A stretch of DNA of 29,095 nucleotides from Candidatus Altarchaeum sp. (GTDB lineage Archaea; Altiarchaeota; Altiarchaeia; Altiarchaeales; Altiarchaeaceae), in NCBI GenBank assembly GCA_018260615.1, contig JAGWDQ010000111.1:1-29095 (forward strand), written 5' to 3'. A model generated the notes under the pieces. The model was not told the origin of the DNA and ran no database searches. It saw only the letters and a program-made list of their open reading frames with translations. Within the stretch, counting starts at the first letter, position 1. Every line of letters starts with the position of its first letter. A program made the position numbers and the translations under genes. This document shows, piece by piece, positions 19,901-27,288 of this stretch.

Positions 19901-20446
19901 GTTAATCCCCATATTTATATTTTCTAAATCTTTTACATATCCGTATATAACAGTTGCATTTGTAACACCGATGCAATCCGGTTTTTGTCTTACTGCTGTG
20001 TATGCCTCTGAAATGGCAAGAGTACATATGCCTTCAGGAATTTCTAAATTTAGTTCTATAGCAGTATAATTATCAGATGATATGTTAATCGTATAATTTC
20101 CGGGATTTTGAACATTAAAGGAATATACACCATCGCTGCCTGTGATTATTGTTGCTATCACAGTGCCGTTATCAATTATCGTAACATTTGCCCCTGCAAC
20201 AGGATTTCCATTTTGTACAACCTTTCCTGTTATATTGGTCGTATTACATGCTTCACCTCCCAAATTATCATAAGCAAAAACATTCCCGCTTGCCAAAAAA
20301 ACCAAAACAACCCCCAAAACAACCAAAACAAAAATACCCAAATTTTTTAAATTTAAATTTCCAAAATACTCTTTACCTCTGTTTAAATTTTCCTCTCCTA
20401 AACCATGTCTAAATGGATTAGTATGCAATACCTTTATTATATTCAT
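16943..20446 (-). CDS. Secreted multidomain surface protein with C-terminal dockerin-like domain
   Basis: Signal-like hydrophobic segment ending VFA at about aa 58; carboxypeptidase-regulatory-like module; repeated (V/I/L)(Y/F)(V/I)xxY strands; many N-x-S/T sequons; dockerin-like DIFDAVEMLEYLSG...LNNDDDINFFDVFALID. Confidence 0.8.
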   Translation of the reverse strand: MNIIKVLHTNPFRHGLGEENLNRGKEYFGNLNLKNLGIFVLVVLGVVLVFLASGNVFAYDNLGGEACNTTNITGKVVQNGNPVAGANVTIIDNGTVIATIITGSDGVYSFNVQNPGNYTINISSDNYTAIELNLEIPEGICTLAISEAYTAVRQKPDCIGVTNATVIYGYVKDLENINMGINGSAVVAEYTNYTGGLGSSAVSLTSRPNTITIGKDGYFEMLVPYGSYNLAASLSGGSLDMQKNYSELINVSAASGCPVYAGKIYLTKEAKPSYSAEVTKICGGNTTREIKVSATANLTNANLDLMYPDGTIQTFSMDCDKDCIRKIDIQNADTGNYSYEISGIADKFGNKYPDINGMFAVVTKVPVISISTQLLEGNNMSANIVVTSENNIPNIPTVEILNENNQTLNVSVTINMTGEKKYTAMFSSENLSAYVIRVNVTDSCGTMASKSMSVRYGQVYPQSVSFCGEGRCFDALGSGYAADNGQRNDLFSTVFFKSSLNLTDIAGITGENVTDEAPGAWREARSVVNYNGLYYTAYAEWQNDIPKVYVKTYNFTAKTSIKYLISGLSNANVKSYKPYLYRDATYGWYLTYVSNESDAIGGVYVAKYDNNFNEVAKASIGVGTDMPVVTVCNDKVYVAYWFSDDIYVKTYNSTLGFLEDKNITNFTGAFSAESPSILCGGNTINLAYQVNKKLPETTRREWESNFKDANSQSIWLYMLVNKTENKIFIDKYDLNLNSATGSSNATVEVIDKKGGQGIPAATLPNIVAYGNNKYITFITDSDLFIRKYTNNFTSSTYGESKVDGNELYYGNNEETDQIYGACWINSATNNNFMYSTIVRDYSRYNLPSPYINVTTSITNISKITVKDYSGEEITLENITTNENVACINIINSTSQKCSIKLSSLSKFKGDEITKEWHSNTYEINVKVENETANEEFLGTITIGDTIPPAVDNTSVIIRNYATGNETLKLGDSAYVALNANDSNIEFVRIFVFANCTYYNNDTNTNVTISGWNVQCEGCAQLRSSSLLSDKDMNKRFDNQLAPFAVPDKINDKYNITSCNITFQFAVWDMCCNKHSLEKTLFNLTRITTPLCDENATNCPGTVPVGYYKFGKATDIFDAVEMLEYLSGQKNLENLTYCKSYYNLNNDDDINFFDVFALIDKIVTDEQI

Positions 20447-20584
20447 CTTTTTGTATTTTAAAATTTTTTAATATGATTCTTTTTATTTTAAATATTAGTC
20501 ACGCCCTTAATTTTATCTTTATATTTTTCAGGAATTTCTTTATTTTTTACGGTTATATGTTATGTCTGAAAACATTAACCATAG

Positions 20585-20938
20585 TTATTCATCAAAAAAC
20601 TTTAGCATTTTCTCAATATTTGCTTTTGTTTCGGGTATATTCAGGGTTATAATTTCCCAAACGATACTCAAATCAACGCCAAAGTATTCGTGAATTACAA
20701 TATTTCTCAAGCCAATCATTCTCTTCCATGGAATTTCAGGATATTTTTCTTTAATTTCCTCAGGAATGTTCCTTGATGCTTCGCCAATAATCTCAAGATT
20801 TCTTATAACTGCGTCTACAATTAACCCGTTTTCAGAGAATTCTTCATAATTTAAGCCCCCGGTGTAATTCTCAATTTTATTAATCGCTTCCAATATATCA
20901 TCAATAAAAAATTTACATGTCTTTTTCATCTTTTTCAC
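20585..20938 (-). CDS. HEPN-domain RNase toxin (DUF86/HepT-like)
   Basis: RNIVIHEY matches RX4HXY; VIRNLEIIGEA and PEIPW motifs; overlaps the nucleotidyltransferase stop. Confidence 0.92.
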   Translation of the reverse strand: MKKMKKTCKFFIDDILEAINKIENYTGGLNYEEFSENGLIVDAVIRNLEIIGEASRNIPEEIKEKYPEIPWKRMIGLRNIVIHEYFGVDLSIVWEIITLNIPETKANIEKMLKFFDE

Positions 20939-21273
20939 ACATAAACAACATCCTTTAAAATATTATCCTTTAATTGTGGCTTTAAAGCCCTGATTGTAAC
21001 TAAGTCAACATCTTTTTTAATAAGTTCTTCCAAAAATTCCTTTAAATCAATAAATTCCCACCCGACAGGCTCATAAAACTCAACCAACAGATCAACATCG
21101 CTATTTTTGGATTCTTCTCCCCTTGCATAAGAGCCAAAAATTCCTATGTTTTTAACCTTAAATTTCTCCTTTAATAACTGCTTATACTTTTTTAATTTTT
21201 CCTCTATTTCAAAGCTTGCCTTTGAAATATCCGAAGGAACTGGGGTTATTTCCCCGTATGTTTTTGTTTCCAT
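20935..21273 (-). CDS. Minimal nucleotidyltransferase (MNT/MntA-like) antitoxin
   Basis: GSYARGEESKNSDVD matches GSX10DXD; directly upstream of the HEPN gene. Confidence 0.92.
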   Translation of the reverse strand: METKTYGEITPVPSDISKASFEIEEKLKKYKQLLKEKFKVKNIGIFGSYARGEESKNSDVDLLVEFYEPVGWEFIDLKEFLEELIKKDVDLVTIRALKPQLKDNILKDVVYV

Positions 21274-21361
21274 GACATAAGATTCAGATTTTTAAATAAA
21301 ATTTTATTGATTATTTGATGTAAATGAAATCGCTCAAAATTTATATTTTTTGACCAAAAAA

Positions 21362-21792
21362 TCAATATTCTGTCTCGCTTGCCTCAAGCCCCAGTTCAGT
21401 GATAAACTGTTTTGGAGTCATGTATTCTTCAAAATTTTCAAAATGCCAGTCATAAGCAATCAAATACTTTAGTTCAAGGTATTTAACAGTTGCCAGGTGT
21501 TCTAAGTCCTTATCTTTAATTTTTCCCCCCAGCTTTTTAATTCTTTTATAATTTTCTCCCTGGGGATGACTTCCACAACCGAAGTAATATGTCTAAAGAC
21601 AGATGACCATACATCCTTTGAGTAATATGTTATGAAGTATCTCCTTAATTCATCAATGACTTTTTCTGATATCATGACTTGTATCTCACCGTCATTCATG
21701 AGTCGGAGTATTTTTCCGGAGTTGGAATCCGGTTTGTTGTAGCCCCAGATAAATACGCTGGAATCCAAAAAGACAATTTTACTCATTTTCAT
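21362..21792 (-). pseudogene. PIN-domain (VapC-like) toxin, frameshifted at a G6 tract
   Basis: VFLDSSVF and VIDEL motifs; one extra G at 21525-21530 restores GKIKDKDLEHLATVKYLELKYLIAYDWHFENFEEYMTPKQFITELGLEASETEY-stop; span 431 bp = 144 codons minus 1 base. Confidence 0.85.
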
Positions 21793-21801
21793 ACTATAGC
21801 A

Positions 21802-22503
21802 TCACAAATTCTCTATCTGTTTTGCTATTTCATCATCAGTATATTTTTTACCACTTGCTTTGATTTTCTTGTGTACCTCCTTGTGCAGTGTTTTTGGAGA
21901 TATTATTCCGAGACGGGCCCCATAAGAGATTAGAGACGCCCTTATCTTATAGCGTCAAAATGCCGTTGGAATTATGGCATAATTCTGGGAGACATGTGCA
22001 ATATATGTCCATAATCCATCCCTATATAGTGATAATAATTTTAAATCATTTTGTCCGAGTATAAAATAATTCATAACAAGACAGTGCCTCACTAATAAAA
22101 ATTAGTTTCAAATTTTACGGAATAATGTAAAATGTAATTAGATTTTGATATAAAAATATTAATATTTCATGATTATCAGTTATTTTAATATTTGATGAAA
22201 ATAAACATTACCATTTATATGTTCATTTTATATAAATGTGGTAATAATTAATTTGGTTAATTTTTTTAATTTGGCCGATACTCATGTATTGCATATTTAA
22301 AAGGATATTTATGTTAATCAAAATAGATATTTATTGGCGTTTCCATCATTTTGACGGATGCCGCTGTTTTACATCCAACGGAGTTTTGGCGCTATAGCCC
22401 TTATCAAATCTTCTTTAGACACGGAATACCCTCTGTCGATCAGTTCATTTACTATTGCCGCTAAGTCACTTGTAAGTTTCACATTTAAATTTATTTCCCG
22501 CAT
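21802..22503 (-). pseudogene. Ribbon-helix-helix antitoxin split by a 450-bp MITE
   Basis: Removing 21947-22396 and one 9-bp duplication gives an open 80-aa ORF MREINLNVKLTSDLAAIVNELIDRGYSVSKEDLIRASLISYGARLGIISPKTLHKEVHKKIKASGKKYTDDEIAKQIENL. Confidence 0.88.
21947..22396. mobile_element. Non-autonomous IS derivative (MITE), 450 bp
   Basis: 22-bp imperfect TIRs (21948-21969 and 22375-22396, 19/22 match); flanking direct repeat GCCCTTATC at 21938-21946 and 22397-22405; no transposase ORF inside. Confidence 0.88.
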
Positions 22504-22534
22504 TTTGTATTTAATTATTGTTTTTATATATTAA

Positions 22535-22760
22535 TAATTAAAAATCAAAACAAATTAATTTATAGGGGTGATTTATTTTTGCAGACATTTTTTATACTCC
22601 TCCGGAATATCTTTTTCACTTCTCACAAAATTTTTTATATCATCCGGAATTTCTTTCGTTTTATCAGCCGCATATTTCCTCTAAATTTCAATATAATCTG
22701 CTATCTTTTTTGCTCTTGCCTCTTCGCTGTCAAAATTTCTGAAAACTAATTTCGGAATTA
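22535..22760 (-). pseudogene. Duplicated 3' end of the second cdhA paralogue plus 30 bp of its downstream sequence
   Basis: 22571-22760 aligns without gaps to 23887-24076 (175/190 identical, one TAC>TAG stop); 22535-22564 identical to 23728-23757. Confidence 0.92.
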
Positions 22761-22863
22761 TATAGAACGCAAAATTAAATTTGGCATATTTTTTCCCATT
22801 GTTGCTTTATTTACAAAGGTAAATAACTTTATATTTACTAACTTTATTATTGCGTTCTATATA
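22759..22863. mobile_element. About 100-bp MITE-like element with 14-bp perfect inverted ends that include outer TA
   Basis: TATATAGAACGCAA (22759-22772) / TTGCGTTCTATATA (22850-22863); TA-flanked ends are typical of IS630-family derivatives. Confidence 0.6.
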
Positions 22864-22970
22864 GTAAACAAAGAGTGGTGAAATTTTTTTGAAATTTTAC
22901 AGGTAAGTTTTGTTAACATCCTGATCACCAATGTGTTAATAACTTGGACTGCATCTACTCTACAGTTACA

Positions 22971-23438
22971 TCATAATCTGTTTCCATATTCACTTAAAAA
23001 TTCTTTCGCACTTAAAATTTTAAATTCATCGACCTTTATTCCTTTAAGAAAATGCCTGTTTTCCGATATTAATATTGACTTTGTCCATTCAGCAAATGCA
23101 GCAATTGATGCATCTGCCTCTTTTAATCCCTTTGATTTATATTTTTCTATTAATGATAATGGAATATTTAATGTCTCTATAACTTCTATGTTATCTGCTT
23201 TTAAAATTAAATCTCTCACTCTTGATGCAAAGTCCTTGTTTGTTTCAATCTTTATGTTTTCAAAGACCTCATCCAAAATGAGTGTCGGAATAATAATATT
23301 AATTTTTTTCTTTCTGCACAAATTAATTACAATAATACATTCATTCTTTGTTTTCAAAAAACCAAAAATAAATTCATTACTGTCCAATACCAGTCGCGTG
23401 TTCATATTTTTTGGCATATTTTTTTCTCCATAATTCAT
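22971..23438 (-). CDS. PIN-domain (VapC-like) toxin, intact; true start may be a few codons downstream
   Basis: LVLDSNEF, ILDEV, EADASI, ISENRHF acidic PIN motifs. Confidence 0.85.
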   Translation of the reverse strand: MNYGEKNMPKNMNTRLVLDSNEFIFGFLKTKNECIIVINLCRKKKINIIIPTLILDEVFENIKIETNKDFASRVRDLILKADNIEVIETLNIPLSLIEKYKSKGLKEADASIAAFAEWTKSILISENRHFLKGIKVDEFKILSAKEFLSEYGNRL

Positions 23439-23685
23439 CTCTAACTTTTTTCATCTGATTCGCAAGTTCTTTTTCTGTTTTCCTACTCTTTGGAATTTCT
23501 CCAACTAGTGATTCAAATTCCATGAGCCATACATCAGTTGTCTGTTCTTTAAATTCTATAAATCTCCTTATAGCATCCTTATAAAATTCCTCTCTGTTTT
23601 TGTATTCCTCTAATTCAATAAAAAATTCTGCACGGGATGCCATTTTTTTTGGTAAATGTATTAATATATTGTTTGACATTTTCAT
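23377..23685 (-). CDS. Putative RHH-type antitoxin paired with the PIN gene
   Basis: N-terminal ILIHLPKKM strand then helices (NREEFYKDAIRRF); overlaps the PIN start. Confidence 0.7.
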   Translation of the reverse strand: MKMSNNILIHLPKKMASRAEFFIELEEYKNREEFYKDAIRRFIEFKEQTTDVWLMEFESLVGEIPKSRKTEKELANQMKKVRDELWRKKYAKKYEHATGIGQ

Positions 23686-23757
23686 AAATCTTATATTTAA
23701 TAATTGTTCTTATTTGTTAGTGGTTAGTAATTAAAAATCAAAACAAATTAATTTATA

Positions 23758-23886
23758 ACCTTAACTCCTCAAAAATTTAGTTATACTATTTTAAAACTTG
23801 TTTTAAAATCTCCGAACGATATCAAAAATACTTGAAGCATTTTTGAATATCCCAAAAATCTTATAGATTTTTGCGATAGTGAGGTC
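23758..23886 (-). repeat. Inverted copy of the modular palindromic element immediately after the cdhA-2 stop
   Basis: Reverse complement of 23839-23880 matches 5681-5722 at 40/42; carries the ACCTCACT and CGTTCGGAGATTTT linkers. Confidence 0.85.
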
Positions 23887-23888
23887 AT

Positions 23889-26510
23889 TTATTTTTCTAT
23901 GCTGTTTTTATACTCCTCCGGAATATCTTTTTCACTTCTCACAAAATTTTTTACATCATCGGGAATTTCTTTCGTTTTATCAGCCGCATATTTCCTGTAA
24001 ATTTCAATATAATCTGCTATTTTCTTTGCCCTTGCCTCTTCGCTGTCAAAATTTCTAAAAACCAGTTTCGGAATTAATAACATCGCTTCCTCTTTTGTCT
24101 TTGCTGCAATACATAAATGCGGAAATGCAAAATTTTTTGGCGAAATTTTCTTAATGACTTCATTATAATTTCCGTTATAATCATCTTTGCTGTAATCAAC
24201 AACTATGTCTCCCCTGAGTTCCCTTCTGTATTTTATACCCTGCTGCCCGAATATTACCGGAATTCCCAGCCGCATCAATCCCTGTGCAACTGCAAAATTT
24301 CCCTGCGTTGTTGCCCCCCAAAACATTGCAGCAAGACCAACTTTGTTTGCGATGTGAGCTGCAATTTCGTCAAAATTTCCAACAGGGCTTTTGTTGTTCT
24401 TTTTACCTGCCATTTCTATTATCTTTTCAATTAAATGAATGCCTGCTGATGCCGAACCCAGATTTATTAAATTTTCATGTTTTAAATTGCTCTCTACAAT
24501 TGAAATCGCCGCATCTCCCGCTGTAAATACTATAAAATTTCTGTTTAAAAATTCCTCTAAAATTTCTGCTAATTCCTTTGCTCCGTTCGGAAAATTTGCG
24601 TCGCCTAAAACCAAAAGAACCTGCGCATCTTCGGAAATTGATATATCCCGGGAAAGTGTAATTGCTCCCTTTTTATTCATAAATTTTTCCTTACCTATTT
24701 CGGCAAATACAGATACGATGGGAATTTGTTTCGGACATTGTGATTCGCACCTTCCGCAGAATATACATTTTTCAAGGGCATTCAAAATTTCTTCTTTTGT
24801 TAAAAATTTAATGTCTGCAATTATATTTCTTCTTTCTCTTTCAACCCTTACAATTTCTTTGATGTTTATTTTTTTCGGACACTTTTCCTGACATAATCCG
24901 CACATTGCACATTTCTTTAAGATGGAAATTTCCCGTGCTTTTATTTCTTTTCCTTCTTTTATTGCCACTATTAAATCAGCGATTTGAATATTATTCGGAC
25001 AGTTTTCGGTACAGTTTCCGCATTCGGTACATTCTTTTATTTGCCCGGTTATTTTGTAATATTCGTTCAGTCCTTTAATTAAAGAGTAATATGTTTCTTT
25101 TCCAACATTCCTCTTTGTTAATTCGTTTCCTTTTTCCTTTGAAATTTTCTGTAAAACATTGTATATGTACTGCCTTGAACAGCCAATTTCTTTTGCTAAT
25201 GTTGTTGGTGTGCCTTCCTTTTGCTTCAGTAAATTTATTATCTTGTCTTTATTTTTAAGGATATTTTCAGTTGCTTTATTTTCGGCATTATCTTTTTGTT
25301 CCGCATTTGACAATTTCAAATTGAAAATCCGGTTTATACTCTGAATGATTAGACGATTATCAACATTAACAGGACATGCCTTTTTGCATAATCCGCAGTT
25401 AATACATTCACCCGTTCTTTTTATTAATTCGCTATCTGTATAATCTACAGCGGGATTTTTTAAATTTCTGTCTTTTTTATTCACAACAGCAAGCATTTCA
25501 ACAACCTCTGCCAGTTTCCCGCCGTCTTTTATGTAACATCCTGAAATTTCTCTGCTCATTAACTTTTTAAAAATTTCAACCGCACTTAAATTGCTCAAAT
25601 CTGCAAGACCTGCCAAATTTCTGTTTGAGGTCGCAATTACAGGAATTCCGTATTTCTTTGCTTTTTCAACTACATCTGTTCTGACATTTCCTTCGCCGAG
25701 CACAACAACATCCGCAATTTTTAAAGTTGTATCTAACGCAAAATTTCCTTCTGTTTTCACCCGAAAGTCATATTCGCCCGAACCAAGACGGATAATTTCA
25801 AAATTTGCATTTGAATTAATGATTTGAGCAATATTAGGAACACAATCTCCAATAATTAACATACATGCTTTGCTTTGAGCAACCGCACCAAATCCAATCT
25901 CAAATTTGTTCATATTACTGCCTTTATTATTGTTTAAAAATTTCCTTAAAATTTCATAAATTTCCATTCCAAGCAAAGATACCATTCCTGCATGAAAAAT
26001 TTTGCTGTTAAAGTCAAAATCACTCGCTTCCTGTCCCATGTGTGTTGCCGAAATCAAATGAACTATTTGCTCATTCGCATATCTTAATGCCTTCTTTAAA
26101 TCACCCGTTGTTTTCGGTTCATATCCGCACAAAAGGTTTATAAATGCGGTTAAATTTTTGTCTTCTAAATTTAACTCTGCAACATAAGTGTGTTCCTTAA
26201 TTATTGCATCATTTAGTTCGCATACTCTCGCAATATAAGATGAGGCACCGGCAATTGCAGTAACTAATGCCTCTCTTGCCATCTGCACACTTAACCGCAT
26301 TCCGCACGCCCCCATCCTGTTTTTTGACAAATCGCACGGACCAAAAGCACAGTATTGACACTGCTGAATGAATGCATAATACTTTGGTTTAAATCTTCCA
26401 AGTAAATTTGCATCCCAGTTTCTCAAGTCCGTTACATTTGGATTTATAAATTTTCCCGTTCTTTCCAGTTCTTCTCCGCCTTTAATTAAAATTTCCGGTT
26501 TTTCTTCCAT
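23889..26510 (-). CDS. CdhA paralogue lacking all C-cluster ligands; keeps B-cluster, 4 ferredoxin motifs and winged HTH
   Basis: Colinear with cdhA, but GHN>GDC, GICCT>RLGSG, EQC>EGN, VGCS>LGDA, SGCS>AGDA, GSCV>GSAS, HAAHGRH>YIARVCE; intact 873-aa ORF. Confidence 0.9.
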   Translation of the reverse strand: MEEKPEILIKGGEELERTGKFINPNVTDLRNWDANLLGRFKPKYYAFIQQCQYCAFGPCDLSKNRMGACGMRLSVQMAREALVTAIAGASSYIARVCELNDAIIKEHTYVAELNLEDKNLTAFINLLCGYEPKTTGDLKKALRYANEQIVHLISATHMGQEASDFDFNSKIFHAGMVSLLGMEIYEILRKFLNNNKGSNMNKFEIGFGAVAQSKACMLIIGDCVPNIAQIINSNANFEIIRLGSGEYDFRVKTEGNFALDTTLKIADVVVLGEGNVRTDVVEKAKKYGIPVIATSNRNLAGLADLSNLSAVEIFKKLMSREISGCYIKDGGKLAEVVEMLAVVNKKDRNLKNPAVDYTDSELIKRTGECINCGLCKKACPVNVDNRLIIQSINRIFNLKLSNAEQKDNAENKATENILKNKDKIINLLKQKEGTPTTLAKEIGCSRQYIYNVLQKISKEKGNELTKRNVGKETYYSLIKGLNEYYKITGQIKECTECGNCTENCPNNIQIADLIVAIKEGKEIKAREISILKKCAMCGLCQEKCPKKINIKEIVRVERERRNIIADIKFLTKEEILNALEKCIFCGRCESQCPKQIPIVSVFAEIGKEKFMNKKGAITLSRDISISEDAQVLLVLGDANFPNGAKELAEILEEFLNRNFIVFTAGDAAISIVESNLKHENLINLGSASAGIHLIEKIIEMAGKKNNKSPVGNFDEIAAHIANKVGLAAMFWGATTQGNFAVAQGLMRLGIPVIFGQQGIKYRRELRGDIVVDYSKDDYNGNYNEVIKKISPKNFAFPHLCIAAKTKEEAMLLIPKLVFRNFDSEEARAKKIADYIEIYRKYAADKTKEIPDDVKNFVRSEKDIPEEYKNSIEK

Positions 26511-26587
26511 TTTTAAAATTTAAATTTTGTTCGTTAGTTAAATTTTTTAATTTTTATCGTACAAGAAAGTTCGTTTTATTGTTCTCT

Positions 26588-26724
26588 AACCTCGCTGTTG
26601 CTCGGATATTTTCAAAAACTCCGCGTTTTGAAAATCGCACCAAGACACGGAGACACAAAGGGACAATCAGACAATGTCACCTCACTTCGTTCGGAGATTT
26701 TCAAATTTCTGCGATTTGAAAATG
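26588..26724 (+). repeat. Two modules of the palindromic repeat family between the TPR gene and cdhA-2
   Basis: 26677-26724 matches 5722-5769 at 46/48; 26588-26636 resembles the 47-bp tandem unit. Confidence 0.85.
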
Positions 26725-26764
26725 GCTTTGTGGCTTTGTGTGAGCATTTTTCATTTTTTTAAAT

Positions 26765-27235
26765 TTAAGTTAAAATTTCTTCCGCCTTTCTTTTATATTC
26801 CTCTGCCTTTTCAGGACTTTTCATTTTTTTGTAAGTTTCTCTCATGTTTTTATAAAGTATTTTAAGAGCATCTGTTTGTCCGATTTCAGCAAAAATTTTC
26901 TCTGCCTTTTCATAATATTCTGCTGCTTTATTATAGTTTTTAAGATCGTGATTAATAAGCCCCAAATACATATAACATGCGGATAATTTTTTTGTATCTC
27001 CCTCTTCAAGGTATGTAAGTCCGTGTTCCAGGCATACTAATGCCAATCGCAAATTAGACTGGTTCTCAAACATTATTCCTAAAAATAAAAATAATTCCTC
27101 TTTCTCTTTCCTTGAAACCTGCAATTTTTCTACGACATCTATAAATTGAGCAGGTGTTTCTTTATATTTTTCCGATATCTTCAAAATCTCCAAAACCATT
27201 TTTTCTGTTTCCAAAAATGATGTGCTTGTATCCAT
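26765..27235 (-). CDS. TPR-repeat protein
   Basis: SACYMYLGLINHDLKNYNKAAEYYEKAEKI and LYKNMRETYKKMKSPEKAEEYKRKA TPR helices. Confidence 0.8.
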   Translation of the reverse strand: MDTSTSFLETEKMVLEILKISEKYKETPAQFIDVVEKLQVSRKEKEELFLFLGIMFENQSNLRLALVCLEHGLTYLEEGDTKKLSACYMYLGLINHDLKNYNKAAEYYEKAEKIFAEIGQTDALKILYKNMRETYKKMKSPEKAEEYKRKAEEILT

Positions 27236-27288
27236 AGTTAAATTTTTAAATTTAAATTTTTATCTTTACCTCATTGCCTTAACTTCAC

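Noticed and set aside
21802-22074. Stop-codon readthrough ORF (in-frame TGA at 21957-21955) upstream of the PIN gene
   Set aside because: The TGA lies in the MITE terminal repeat; the true N-terminus is on the other side of the insertion
22933-23433. 166-aa plus-strand ORF
   Set aside because: TTG start, antisense to the PIN gene, no motifs
26674-26865. 63-aa plus-strand ORF
   Set aside because: Starts in a repeat module and is antisense to the TPR gene
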